Source of the DNA: Eledone cirrhosa
Lineage: Eukaryota
Reading direction: 5' to 3'
Assembly (NCBI GenBank): GCA_964016885.1
Contig: OZ024745.1
Span: forward strand, 76,074,001-76,138,000
DNA: 64,000 nt
Of the stretch, positions 11,121-24,367 are shown piece by piece (position 1 is the stretch's first letter; each line of letters begins with the position of its first letter). The notes below the pieces were generated by a model. The model was not told the DNA's origin and searched no databases. It saw nothing but the letters and a program-made list of their open reading frames with translations. The position numbers and the translations under genes were made by a program.

Positions 11121-12120
11121 TCAGAAGGCAATCCGACGTTCACGCCTAGCTTTATCAGAGGCCAAAAGATATGAACATGCTTCAGTTGAGTTTGAAAAAG
11201 ACAGTCTAATTAGCCTGGGTTTCGGACCTGGTCGGCCAAGGCGTAAAGCACCCTTTGGGGGAGCACAGCCCAAGTCTTTGGATGAACTGGCAGCAAATGC
11301 CTGAAGATCAACTATGTCTTCTGGTACACCAATGGCAATCACTTCGTGGTTTACAGATTCAGTGGCATTCTCACTGCGTCTAGATTCAGCAAGAAGTACG
11401 CAGAGATTTTTTAACAAGGCACTCCGGTAAGATCCCTCATTGTGGGGTTCTACAAGAACGCTTGATTTTATTCCCGCTATTTCTCGCCTTAAAGCGGAAA
11501 TCATTTGCCGTATTTCCTCAAACTCCGTATTGGCGGTCGATTTTTGTTGTTGTTCTTCCTCAACAGGCATGGTAGGGGAAGACACAGTCGTCGTTTGTTG
11601 TTGTTGAAAAGTAACGGGGGTGGAAGATATGGGTTGCTGTTGTTGTTGAAGTCCTTCAACAGGGATAGTAGCAGAAGCTACGGTCGTTGGTTTTTTGGTT
11701 TTTGCTGTTGTTCATGAACAATGGTAGAGGAAGACACGATCTTCGGTTTTTGTTGTTGTTCAGCAGCAATGGTAGAGGCAGACATACAAGCCAGGCACTG
11801 AAAGGCCCGATTTGTTAGCTGGACCATTTCCCAGAGCCCATCCATCATAGAAGTTTGGTGTCCTTTTTCTGACCCGGGATCTTTCGAAAGTTTGTGGCAC
11901 ATTGAAGGCAAACAGAAACACGACATTTGCCACATTCGACCCATCGATTTCGGAAGGAATTCTCTGGTTCTGTACATAGATGACAGACGTGATTTTCTGG
12001 GCAATGTTCTATTTTGGAACATGGCCTAGTTTTATTGCACACTTCATCCATGGATGTCATAATAGCTATTTTGTCCTGTCTGTCCATCCGTACAGTAGAA
12101 CAAGATGTAAATGTAAACAA
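11121..12120 (-). pseudogene. CR1-like ORF1 (PHD-like Cys finger, Q-rich repeats, coiled coil, RRM-like region), fragmented
   Basis: CHLC..CGKC..CLQC..CLAC across a frameshift; EFEEIRQMISALRREI; VIAIGVPE..RLGRPGPKPRLIRLSF. Confidence 0.7.
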
Positions 12121-12752
12121 ATAAATATGCTGCGTAAGTTTAGCACATTTGTTAACGAGATAAATGTTTGTTTATGTTTTGTTTTTGTATTTCTGTTTTC
12201 CTATGTATGGTGTGTGTGTGTGTATGCAAAAAGATCTGCACACGAATATATAATTATATATATATATAATTAAAAGGTGTATGTGGGTTAGAAGCGAAGT
12301 CAGTGTTCAGAAAGATTTTACAAATGTACGTAAGATTGGCCGGTATAGTGTCTCACACGAAATAGTGTGGTTTCTTTTCACTTGTGTGTATATGCTCGGG
12401 AAACCCTGTACTACTGATATCCACTTGCATATCCAAACTGAAGTTATTTAATTTATCTTATTCTATTCAACTTGTAGTAAGGTGGTTTCTTCCTTGTCTT
12501 GTAGTGCTTCATTTGTTTCAGCATCAGATCTTTTATCATTCACACTTTTTTTATGGTATACATTTTGTTAAAGCTACAAATTGCCTAAAAGAGTTTTACA
12601 AAATTGTTTGCTGTTGTTGCATAATTTGCATATATTTGAAAATACAAGACATTTCCCTTGAAAAAATATATGTTCATAATCACAAAATATGCATTTAGAA
12701 CATTTCTTCATAAGTAATAAACATCAACTTCAAGAGAAATATTGATTGTTAA

Positions 12753-13345
12753 CCCTTTGGCCATTAAACCGGCTGTATCTGGCCAGAATTCTATCACCTC
12801 TTTCTGTTCAAACAGTCTGTAACTGGCCACTCGTACCGATGCTAAGGTATTGTTATCAAAATAAATAACATCAAAATCTCATAGATTTGTTATTATGCGA
12901 AATAATTATATGAGATAAAGCCTTCACCATGAAAATACAATAGTATGTAGTGACCTACATTCCGCGGGCTCACATACATTCTCTGTGCGTGATTTGGCTC
13001 AGCTCAGCCAATCAGCGCCAGTAGAAGAGAATGTATCTCTACACGCCCTGAGGGAAAAGTTCCCGCGTTGATTTGAAGAATCAGCCTCTCGCTTCCTGTC
13101 TGTGAAAACGTAAACACCTAACTTTCTTTCGTCGTGAAATCACTAGCCAACATGTAACACAACAACTTAACTGGCAACACTTCAGACAGTGGACCGTGTC
13201 TTCTGAAAGCCTTAATTCATTGTTTCATCTCTCTTGGCATGTCAGCTATTCAGCTCTACTTAGCTCAATCTTCGTAAATAAATATTGTACATACAACCCA
13301 GTGTCCTGTTATAAGTATATATAGGGTAATGTAAATGGTAAAGGG
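12753..13345 (+). mobile_element. piggyBac-like MITE (TTAA TSD) interrupted by a solo LTR
   Basis: TTAA-CCCTTT ... AAAGGG-TTAA; internal sequence matches the ~200-bp copies at 31681-31882 and 32821-33022. Confidence 0.8.
12946..13313 (+). mobile_element. Solo LTR (Gypsy-like)
   Basis: 368-bp insertion absent from sister MITE copies; starts TGTAG, ends GTTATA (likely decayed GTTACA); 4-bp TSD AGTA; CCAAT and AATAAA inside. Confidence 0.7.
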
Positions 13346-13519
13346 TTAAAATGCAATATCACAGTCGCTTTGAATGACATATTTTCTAACTGTAGTTGTT
13401 CTAACATTCTTGATATATGGGGTGTATGGTACATGCTCTTGATGAGTCTCATTTATGCCAGTTTATCAACACATTTATAATTTTGACCAAGCTTATTAGA
13501 CTCATATCAATTTTTAATT

Positions 13520-13680
13520 TAGACACAAGACCAGCAAATTTCAGGAAAGGGTAAAGTTGATTAAATCAACTCCAATACTTGACTGGTACTTTATTTTATT
13601 GACCCTGATAGGATAAAAAGCAAAGTTGATCTAGGCAGGATTTGAACTCAGATTATAAAGAACCAGAGCAAATACCACAA
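13520..13680 (-). mobile_element. tRNA-derived SINE, diverged
   Basis: Reverse complement of the SINE core (ACTGGTACTTTATTTTAT..GCAAAGTT..GGATTTGAACTCAG). Confidence 0.75.
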
Positions 13681-14400
13681 TTGTATTTTATCTCATAATA
13701 TTGAGATCTGTTACAAACACAATGTACCCATTTTATTGTGGGTTCAAGATAGAGAGACATAGACCTGGTTTGCTTTATTTCAGTATCTTCACACTTTTCA
13801 TTATCATTTCCTGTATTTAACTGAAATACATATCCTCCACCTGCTTCAAATAAAACATATCTAACTCTTGCTAATGGCCCTTAATAAAAAATCAAAAAAA
13901 AATCAAAAAAATCCATTATCTATTCAGACTATCATTATTTTCACTGCCTAAAGTAGAAACAATTATTTTTTAATTTAATTGTCTCATGATGGCTGCAAAA
14001 CCTCTTTAACATACTTCAATAAGATCAGAATCAGTCGGCATCAATTCAGATCCTATTGGTAACACTATTTTTATGTTGTAAATGATTCACACAAATATAA
14101 TAATAAATAGTTCAACAATATATCATCATCATCATCATCTTCGTTTAACGTCCATTTTCCCCGCTAGCATGGGTTAGACGGGAGTTGTCCCACTTGAGAC
14201 AAGGTTGGTCGGGTGACTGTGTCTCGCTCATATAGGACTATCTGGCGGGTTTTCTACGACTGGATGCCCTTCCTAACACCAACCACATTTACAGTGTGGA
14301 ACTGGGAACTTTTTACCGTGTTACCTACACGGCCACATTACAGTGTGGACTGTGTGTTTTTTTGTTGTGACACCTACACAATCTCGATCTCATTATCTCA

Positions 14401-14592
14401 AAGGGCGGTGGATTGGCAGTATTGGTAGAGGGTCGGACGCCATGCTTTCCAGCATAGTTACGTCCCTTTACGATCTGAATTCAAATCCTGCCGAGGTTGA
14501 CTTTGCCTTTCATCCTTACGGGGTCGATAAAATAAAGTACCAGTAATGCACTGGGTAATTGCTGGCCTTGTGCCTAAAGTAGAAACAATTAT
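14401..14592 (+). mobile_element. Full-length tRNA-derived SINE inserted in the RTE 3' UTR
   Basis: A-box-like TGGCAGTATTGG, B-box-like TTCAAATCC, SINE core; ATTATCTCA repeated at both junctions; absent from RTE copy 1. Confidence 0.85.
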
Positions 14593-17467
14593 CTCATTTA
14601 TTTGGACTGGATGTTGTGGTACCAACTTTACAGAGAGAGGGTGGTGTTGGTGGGAGTGGGAGGATAGGGTAGGGGTAGTGGATTGGGGTGTATATTTGGT
14701 TAAGAAGTGCCTACTGACTGTAGGTTTTGCTTTGTACATAGGCAAGGCGAGTCTTCTGTATTACTGCGTAGCGCCAAAGATCTTTGTCCAGTGACATTGT
14801 CTTAGAGGGGTGCAAGTGTGTAAGGTCGGAATTTATCAGATCGTCCCAGGTTTTTCTGGGTCTGCCTACTCCGTAACTACCATCAATTTTGATCGCCCTG
14901 AACTTTTTTATACAGCTGTCGTCTTTCATGTACATCACGTGGCCATACCAACGTAGTCTTCTCTCAAATAAACAGCATCTGATCCCTCTTATTCCTAATT
15001 TCTCACTTATTTCATTTATGTTTTGCCGTTTGCGTATATTACTATTACACATCCAGCGGAGCATGCATGCTTCGTTCCTTTCCAGTCTGCGCAGGTCCTC
15101 TGCACGTAATGCCCTTGTCTCACTGCCATGTAACATTGCTGTTCGTATACAAGCATCATACAATCTGCCTTTCATTTTTAGAGAGAAATCTTTTGTGGCC
15201 AACAGCGGTATAAGCTCTCTGAACTTTTTCCATCCTGTTCTGACTCTGGCTACTGTACTTTCAGAACACCCTCCACCACTGCTGATTTCGTCACCCAGGT
15301 AACAGAAAGTGTCTACTATTTCTATAGAACCATCTGGGCAATAGAAGGAGCTAGTATCCTGTGGACACTTGCTACCTATTGCACCTGAGCATCGGTCACA
15401 TATAAAGTCTACGTTCTTAGATAGTTTACCTGTGATCCCACTACATCTTTTATGCACCCATACTTTGCATTTGGGACATAAAATTGAATTTCTGCCTACT
15501 CCTTTCCTACACACTGAGCATGGCCATTTCCCTGAGGGTACCTGTGCCTTATTTTCCTTTCTACAAACTAGGACTTTAGTCTTAGACAGTTAACTTTAAA
15601 GCCTTTTGATTCTAGGCCATGCTTCCATGTTTGTAATTTCTTCTCTAGTTCAGCCATTGATTCAGCTATGAGCGTTAGATCATCTGCGTATAGGAGTACC
15701 CATGGGCAGCCGGTCTTGAACTCCTCTGTTATAGCCTGAAGGGCAATAATAAATAGGAGGGGGCTAAGGACAGAGCCTTGGTGAACACCAACTTTTACAC
15801 TAAATTCTTCACAATATTCATTAATTCTAACCTTACTGACTGTTTCATTATACACGGCTTGTATAGCTCTCACAAGCCATTCATCTACACCTAGTTTTCT
15901 AAGAGCCCACCAGATAATGGAGTGGGGGACTCTGTCAAAGGCTTTCTCCAGGTCTACAAAAGCTAAGTAGAGGGGTTTACTTTTAGCTACGTACTTCTCT
16001 TGTAGTTGTCGTACAAGGAAAAGAGCGTCTGTGGTACTTTTACCTGACACAAACCCAAACTTAATTTCATCTAGATCAATTCGCTCTCTGATTAGTTGCG
16101 CTATAACTCTTTCTGTGACCTTCATGACCTGGTCAACTAACTTAATGCCTCTATAGTTTCCTCTATCTAGAGCATCTCCTTTACCCTTGTAGCAGTTAAT
16201 GATGATGCTGCTACGCCAGTCTTTTGGTATGACCCCATTCTGTATTACTTGGTTAACTATACGGGTGACCATAGTATGTCCCACCATTCCAGATGCCTTC
16301 AACATCTCAGCAACTATCTCCGAAGGCCCAGCTGCCTTGCCTGTCTTCATATCTTTGATTGCCTTACTTATTATACAACCTTTAACTTGCACCGCTGGAC
16401 CATCTTTTTCCCACTTATTCTCCTCATTTAATAGTCTTTCGTAGTGACACTTCCAGGCTACCTTCTTATCAGCATCAGTGAGGCCAAGTACACCATTATC
16501 ATTATGGACACACTTCTCCCCGACAATATCACGGTTTTCCTTGACACATTGTCTAGCAATCCTGAACACCTCACGTTTTTGGTCCTCACGTTGTAGAACA
16601 TGCTTGAACTTTCTTTCCTTTTTGCAAGGTACACTTGTCTCCTAGCTTCTTTCCTGGCCACTTGATAGTGCTCTCTACTTCCCCCATCCTGCCATACTTT
16701 CCAAGCCTGATTTTTGGCCTTGATTGTCTCTTCTACCTTACTGTTCCACCACCAAGTTACTCTCCTCCTGCCAATAGGTCTGCTCCAGCCACAGATTTCA
16801 TCCGTTGCTTTTAGCAGGTTCACTTTCGAGAATTGCCACTGTGCCTCTATATCGCACATCTCTAATTGCTCTTCCTTATTGTCAAAGGCATCAAGTAATA
16901 AGCTTTTAAATTTGTCACTGGCTATGGGGTCCAACTTCCATATTCTTCTCCTTAAGGTAGGCCTCCTCTGTCGTCGAGTACGTCTAATCCTGACTATGAG
17001 GTCACTAAATACTAGGCTATGTTGGGAGGTGCATTCTTCATGAAGGAGGGATTTAGTGTTTACAACAGACACTTTGTCCCGTCTTCTAGTAAGGATATAA
17101 TCTATCTGGCTGGTGTGTTCCCCTGATCTATAGGTGATCAAGTGGTTTTCACGCTTTTTGAAGTTTGTGTTACAGATAGTTAGGTTATTGGCATCACAGA
17201 ATTCCAGGATTCTGAAGCCTTCCTCATTTCTATTTCCAACCCCATAGCCTCCATGGATTCCATCATAGCCATCACTATGTTGTCCAACGTGGCCGCTTAG
17301 ATCGCCAGCAATAATTAAGTAGTCGCTGTCGGTTATTTGGCAGGTATTGTGCATTAGCGTCTCATAGAACCTGTCCTTTATAACGTCGGGCAGACCAGAT
17401 TCGGGTGCATAAGCGGATATTATTGTCACAGTAGTTCTATTTAGAACTAGCCTTATTTTAATTATTC

Positions 17468-18357
17468 ATTCGAGGCTACCTTTCTCCCCCTAAGGGACAT
17501 ACTAGTATAATGTAATGTTCTGAGATGTAAGAATGGTATTTAACTAATGTATTGGACAGAATGGAGAAGGCGTTTCCCCGGAGGTTGGCAAGGGAGACGT
17601 GCTGGAAAAGCCACTCCAACTCGCGGGGCTCACACCTATGGCTGGCCAGCTCAGCGCCTATGGTGGTGAGTAAGGAGGTAGCCCTGGGGCCGAGGACACC
17701 AGAAGTTTCCACTGCCAGGGGAACGACAGCAAACCTGTCGGAGAGCGACCGGTATTTGAGGAATTTGGCCCCCTCAGCCCAACGTGCAGCAGAACCTGGG
17801 TCAGTCGCAGACTGCACCAGGTTGCGGCTGCAGAAAGTGTCGGTGCAAGTGGCATCCCAGACGAGGGGTTTGCCACCACAGAACAGGAAGATGGTCATGC
17901 CATCTGGCCTTTTGCCGTCCCCTCGATCCAGCCCCACTGGCTCGAGCTGGGAAGAGAAGCCTGCAGCATCCAAGCCATGCTTAATGACCTCGTTGAGGGC
18001 AGTATGGCGTTGAATGCAGCCGGCACTGTGGCGACAGGAAAGCGGGTGGAACCGCAGCGACATTGGTGTGACTGGCAGATCAGGAGGCCGAGTCTCAGGG
18101 AAACGCCGATTCGCAGGCTATGGTTGTCTAGCTGCGTGCCAGTGGAGAAGGAGAGCAGAGCATGGAGCCAGGCACCACTGTGGGGTTTGGAGGCCACATG
18201 AAAACAAGCAAGGCGGTGCTGGTCGAGCTGGCGCGTGAGCCTGTCTGAGGCCAGGCTGCACTGGATGGCATCCCAAGTGCATTGGGGGGACTTGACGTCA
18301 ACAGGGGGAGAAGGAGGAGGGACGTCTACTGGGCTAAGTCCCAGCCGGTTCCACGTC
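17468..18357 (-). mobile_element. CRE-like non-LTR fragment (zinc knuckle + RLE) inserted in the RTE APE region
   Basis: LRLGL..C.CG..H.LSC..RH..LN, LEPVGL.RGDGKRPDG.T..WDATCTDT..AE..K..KY..PLAVETSG..RGNA. Confidence 0.8.
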
Positions 18358-19074
18358 TTTACGTCAATTACCTTATCTACCCATTTTTCTGCTAACATAA
18401 TTCCTACACCACCCTGTCCGTTGTCATTACCCACCCAGAAAAGTTTATAGCATCGTTTTTTACCCACAATGAATCTAGCAGACCCCCTCTCCACCTCGTC
18501 TCTTGAATACAACAAACATCAACTTCTTTACGTTCAAGCATCTCTACAACCTCATTTGAGCAACCTTTCAATGTGCCTACGTTCATGGTACCAACTCTGA
18601 AGTTGGGAGGGTGGGATGGATGGGTTGGAGGGGTGTGGAAGACGGAATTATGTTGGTCATTCGTGTCTGAAATAGAGAGGGGTCCTTGTATTTTCGTCCT
18701 GCAGCGGGAGGTGAATTTATCTTTATCTGTGACATTGTCATTGAGTGTTTAGACTTTCCAAATCTCCGCAGTCAACCCATCAAACAGGTCTACACTTAAG
18801 GAGTAGTAACCGGGGCGATAGCTTTGCTATACCGATTTGTTAGGGAACTTACTAAAGCCGCTGAGTTATGATTGGACCATATAGCAATGGTGGTGTGTGG
18901 GGGTGGGAGGACGGGAAATGGGTGACTTTCCGAGAGAAACAAACGGGGAATTTGAATTTTAGACTGGCATAACTAGGAGTTTAAAACACTGCTCATTGGG
19001 AAGACTATGGATAATAGAAAGACAATTAATTTGGTAATGGGCTGGCTAGTGTGGCCATGTGTGAGAACTCCACG

Positions 19075-21870
19075 ACCGTCATCAAGCAATCGCACAACAG
19101 GAAAAAAACGAGACGTCGCATCTCAGAGTTGTCACACTTGATGTTGGCACTCTAACAGGTAGATCTGGTGAGATAGCAGAGATGCTGGAGAGAAGGCATG
19201 TGGATGTGTGCTGTGTGCAAGAGGTGAGATGGAGAGGTGCCTCTGCAAGACTAATTGCAGGCAAACATAGTAGTTATAAGCTCTTCTGGGTGGGTAATGA
19301 TAGTGGGTTAGGTGGGGTGGGCATATTACTGGCTGAGTGGTGGATCAATAAGACAATAGAGGTAGTTAGAGTTAGTAATAGAATAATTAAGCTTAGATTA
19401 GTTGTAGGCAAGAGACTACTGACAATCATCTCTGCCTATGCTCCCCAGGTAAGCCTAGGTAAAGAAGAGAAAGACTGCTTTTACGAGCAACTTTTACAAA
19501 CAGCCTCAATGACAGAGGACAGAGACATCGTTATGCTAGCAGGGGACTTCAATGGACATGTTGGACAGCTCCAGGATGGATACACTGGGGTACATGGTGG
19601 GCATGGTTACGGCTCAAGAAATGAAGAAGGAGTGAGGCTTCTTGAGTTTTGTGATGCAAATGCACTAAGCATTTGCAACACTAACTTCCAGAAGCCTACC
19701 AACCACCTAATAACCTACAAATCAGGCGAGCACATAAGCCAGATTGACTTCCTGCTAGTTAGACAGTGAGACAGACAGATGGTCTCAAATACTTAGGCAT
19801 ACTCCAGGGAAGAATGTACCCCACAGCATAGGTTAGTCGTTAGTGACATCTCAGTAAGCATGAGAAAGAATGAGACATACAGGAAGGTGTGGAAAAGAAA
19901 GGTCTGGAAGCTAAAAGACCTTTCATTAAAATATAAATTTAGCAAAGCCCTTAAAGACGTGTATCACGAAAAAGAAGACGATTTAGAGTTGTATGACATA
20001 GATAACTGGAATTTCTTGCGTGACAACTGCAGGCTACTGGAGAAACTTGTGGTTGGGGCAGAGCTTCAACCAGACAGAGAGTGACCTGGTGGTGGAACAG
20101 CACGGTAGATAGGCCCATTAGAGACAAAAGACTGGCATGGAAGGCTTGGAAAAATGGTGGGAGTAGAGAAGGATATACAGCCGCTAAGAGAGAAGCTAGA
20201 TGTCAGGTGTACTTAGCACGCAGGGAGGCTGAGAGTAGGAGGTTTGCCAATGTTCTACGACGAGTGGATCAGAGACGTACAGTGTTCTGCATTGCAAGGC
20301 AGTGTGTCAGTGCAAATCAGGATGTTGTTGGAGATAAATGTGTCTGGAATGATGCCGGTGTACTAAGTGTCACGAATGATCAAAAATAAGAGGCCTGGAA
20401 ATGTCACTATGAGAGACTGATGAATGTGGATAATGAATGGGACAGAGAGAAATTACCCCCAGTAGACCCAACAGAGAGAGGTACCAGCTATTGAGATTGA
20501 CGAATATAGGGTACAAGAGGCAATTAAGGAAATGAAGAATGGTAAGGCTGCCGGACCGTCGGGGATAGTTGCTGAGATGCTGAAGACATCAGGTGAAGTA
20601 GGCATTAAACTGGTTGCACGCATCATCAATCAAGCTATATATGGTGGTGTCATACCCAAAGACTGGCGCAGCAGTATTCTCATAAATTGCTACAAAGGTA
20701 AAGGGGATGCTCTAGAGAGGAACAATTATAGGGGTATAGAACTGATGGATCAGGTTATGAAAGTGGCAGAGAGAATATTAGCACAACTGATTAGAGAAAG
20801 GGTCAAATTAGATGAGATGCAGTTTGGTTTAGTGAGGCAACTACAAGAGAAGTTCTTAGAGAAGAATAAGCCACTAGACTTAGCTTTTGTTGACCTAGAG
20901 AAGGCCTTTGATAGGGTACCCTGATCTGTCATCTGGTGGTCCCTAAGGAAACTAGGTGCAGAGGAATGGCTTGTGAGGGCAGTGCAAGCTATGTACAGAG
21001 GTGCCATCAGTAAAGTGAGAGTAGGTATGGAGTTTAGTGGGGAATTCCAGATACAATCAGGGTTCAGTCCTCAGCCCGCTCTTGTTCATTATAGTCCTCC
21101 AAGCCATAACAGAGGAGTTTAAGACAGGATGCCCATGGGAACTTTTCTACAGTAGAGGAGCTAGAGAATAAATTCTGGCTATGGAAACAGCAGTTGGAAT
21201 GAAGAGGACTGAGAGTGAACATAGCTAAGACAAAAGTGTTGATATGTAGAAGAGAGGACAATACTCTGATTCCATCAGGGAAATGGCCATGTTCGATATG
21301 TAGGAAAGGAACTGGCATAAATTCCATAAAACGTACACAATGCAGATCTTGTGTACACAAGGGATGTAGTGGGATAGCAGGCAAACTAACAGGTAGGGAA
21401 AATTATGTATGCAGTAGATGTACAGGGAAAGTTGGCAGTAGTAATCGCAGTGATAGACGCATTTTTCCAATGCAGGTAGGTTCTATAGAAGTGGATGATA
21501 GCTTCCGGTACCTAGGTGATCAGATTAGCATGGGAGAGGCCATAGTATCTAGAATAAGGACGAGTTGGAAGAAGTTTAGGGAGCTGCTTCCTTTGTTGAT
21601 AAAGAAGGGTTTCTCCCTGCGTACGAAAGGACGGTTATATGATGCCTGTGTGAGATGTGCGATGCTGCATGGTAGTGAGACATGGGCAGCAACTGCAGAG
21701 GATATGCGACGGTTGGAGAGAAATGAAGCAAGTATGCTCCATTGGATGTGCAATGTCAATGTGCGTGAATGACCAAGCATAGACGAGTTGAGAAAGAAAC
21801 TGGGTATAAGAGGGATAAGTTGTGGTGTACAGGAGGGAAGGCTGAGATGGTATGGACATGTGATGCGGTC
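19075..21870 (+). mobile_element. RTE subfamily B copy, decayed, 3' end missing
   Basis: ORFs 19182-19769 (APE), 20532-20924 (RT), 21215-21772 (PHD + C-terminus); many stops and deletions. Confidence 0.88.
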
Positions 21871-22140
21871 ATCCTCAACATCATCATCACTGTTTTACGT
21901 CCATTCTTTCATGCTTGCATGGGTTAGACAAGTTGTTCTGATGTGGGCAATGCCAGGTCAATCATATTTTGACTTGGTTTCTACAGGTGGATGCCTTTCC
22001 TAACTCCAACCTCATTTACAGTGAGTACTGGGTGCTTGTTGTCATGACATCTACATGACCACCTTACAGTGTGGGCTGGGCACTTTTTACTCTGTCACCA
22101 TCACGACCACTTTACAGTGTGAGCGGGAGGCTTCACTGGA
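21870..22140 (-). mobile_element. Non-autonomous element sharing the RTE 3' tail (SINE-like)
   Basis: CATCAT tail, TTACGTCC..GCTTGCATGGGTTAGAC and GGATGCC(T/C)TTCCTAAC motifs shared with the RTE-A 3' UTR. Confidence 0.65.
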
Positions 22141-22273
22141 TGTATACTTCAGCCTATCCTCCTCATGGGACATGTATGGGAGGGTGATGCATACTGTATA
22201 TATGCTTCAGCTTCGGCCTGTGCCCGTGGGAAGTCAGGTATCTGTATTTTAAAATAGCAATCAGTAGTTTGAA

Positions 22274-22465
22274 ATAATTGTTTCTACTTTTGGCACAAGG
22301 CCAACAATTACCCAGTGCATTACTAGTACTTTATTTTATCAACACCCCGTAAGGATGAAAAGCAAAGTTAACCTCGGCAGGATTTGAACTCAGAATGGCA
22401 AGGGCTGTAACTCTATGCATCAAAGCATGGCGTCGGACCCTCTACCGATACTGCCAATCCACCGT
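22274..22465 (-). mobile_element. tRNA-derived SINE
   Basis: Reverse complement of the 14401-14592 SINE. Confidence 0.85.
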
Positions 22466-23757
22466 GATCAAGTACTTGTGTCAATATAATTGACTTGTCA
22501 CTCCAACAAATATATGGCTTTATACCTAAGACAGAAACATCTACTATTGAAAGAAGTGAATGGCAGAATTGGTAGAGCATCAGACAAAATGCCTTATAGT
22601 AATTAGTTATGTCACTTTACCATCATCATCATTAACAACAACAACATCATCAACATCATCATCACCACTACCACCACCATCACTATCATCTTCATCGTTT
22701 TCCCTGCTAGCAAGAGTTGGATGTCTTGTCACAGACTGGTTAGCATTTAAGCAAAGCCACTGACCTCCTGGTAGGCTGTGGGTACAACATACTACCTCAT
22801 GCTGTACTGAGTGCATTTTATCATGGCTTCCACACTAAGGAGGTTCACTCAGCTGAAAAGTCATCCCATCCCTTTGTTTGGTAGGTTTTATATGGTTGGA
22901 TGTCTTCCCTATCACCAACCACTTTACAGAGTGTACAGGGTACATCTATCATGTAGGTCACCAACACTAGGGATAATCATGTCTATGGAACAACTGAAGA
23001 GTCTTCCCTGATCCTTTGTTTGGCAAGGTTTCCATTGCTGGATGGATATCTTCCTATCATCAACCATTTTACAGCATAAACCTGGTGTATTTATCGAGTA
23101 TATTGCCATATATTGTTATATAATTTCAGTATTTGTTTTTGTAAATTTTTCACTACATCATCAGATATATAAACTATTGAATTTTCTGGAGTTTGGGGTT
23201 CATGTTCTCTTTGAACATTCATAGGTTAGTGTTGGCAGGGAAAATGTGGGTGGAAAGTGTGGTCATTGGGTTTTATTCTGGAGAGAAGAATAGGCAGCAG
23301 TATAGAATCTGAGAGTTTAAACAGAGCAGCAGGTATATGAGGAGAAGGTGGGGCTATGTGTGTTAGGTGGGCCTGGGTGGTGATTGTATTTAGCTAGCTT
23401 ATTTAGAAAATTAACTGTAGTAATAGTAGTAGTAGTAGAAGTAGAAGAGGTATATCTGTAAGATAATTGTGCAGTGTGTTGATGAATTAGTAGACTGATA
23501 TATTTTTGGATGCAGTCTGTGTTATTTATGTATAGCAGAACATATATAAAAATAGTACTCCAATGCAACAGTTTGAAAGATTGAAGTATATTTTTGCCTT
23601 AAAGTGATTTAGTTTTGGCAGTGTTATATGTGTGAGGGTGGCAAATTGGCCAGGACCATGAAGCTAACTGTCCCTTACTTCCACAAGCATGAGCAGGTAA
23701 GACATTTGCAATCATCTTATTAGGTTAGTATTTGGAAAATACTTGACAAAGATTATA

Positions 23758-24367
23758 CCTATATATATAAAACTGAGGTTGTCTGTCTGTCTATACTAAA
23801 ACGGTCGGCACACATCTCCTAAACCGTACGTTCAAATTTCGGTGAAATTGCTACACTTATAGATGAAGGTCCGGCGGAGACATCGGTCAAAAAAATTTTC
23901 AAATCGACCCACGCCAACTGCAAAAATCGAACTTGTAATGTATTGATTTTTCAGTTCAAATGTATAAATAGAGATGAGAGACGAGTTATTTCCCTAAGCA
24001 ATGATTTGAAACGACAGACGGATAACGCATTTTTTTGTTTTTCATGTCCATCCAATTTCTTTGTTTCAAAATAACTGATAGTTTGGTTACGCTGATGTTT
24101 TTCTCTGAGACAAGTGTTGCAGTGTTTACATTTTCGATTTGTTAATAGATTACCAGTGCAGTTTTTATCCCCAGCATCCTCTTTTGTTTTAACATTCAGG
24201 TTATGGTTATGTTTTTTTAACTGTTGGTTGAGGGAATATTAATCAAAAGTACCACATGAAAGTCGACACTGTAGACTCTACAGTTTTTAAGCCAAGAAAG
24301 GAACTTAACATTGAAACTTTAACACAGCTACTGAGCAGCCCTGAGCAACGCTGGGCTTTACTGCTAG
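23758..24367 (+). mobile_element. Non-autonomous Helitron
   Basis: 5' (C)CTATATATATAAAACTG..GTCTGTCTGTCT; 3' CCCTGAGCAACGCTGGG hairpin-like motif + spacer + CTAG|T. Confidence 0.7.

Larger units (their letters stand above)
7985..12240 (-). mobile_element. Near-full-length CR1-like LINE (ORF1 + APE-RT ORF2), decayed
   Basis: APE (LNACSL, ITVTETW, PTRGVNTLDLL, GDSDH), RT (NYRPVSLTS, YLDFAKAF, GVPQGSVLGP, YADD), CR1-type end RGH..K..RKHFF..RVAEAWNKLP, (ATT)n tail; 5' boundary approximate. Confidence 0.9.
14122..18930 (-). mobile_element. RTE subfamily A copy 2, near full length, with SINE and CRE-fragment insertions
   Basis: Collinear with copy 1 across APE, RT, PHD and 3' UTR; (GAT)n tail at 14122-14139; ORFs 16458-17429, 15568-16569, 14711-15514. 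Confidence 0.92.

Noticed and set aside
14401-14500. tRNA gene (also other SINE heads)
   Set aside because: A/B-box-like motifs present but no cloverleaf, and each continues into the SINE core and tail
23230-23720. Possible Penelope GIY-YIG relic
   Set aside because: Only vague similarity (IY..LYI); not supportable
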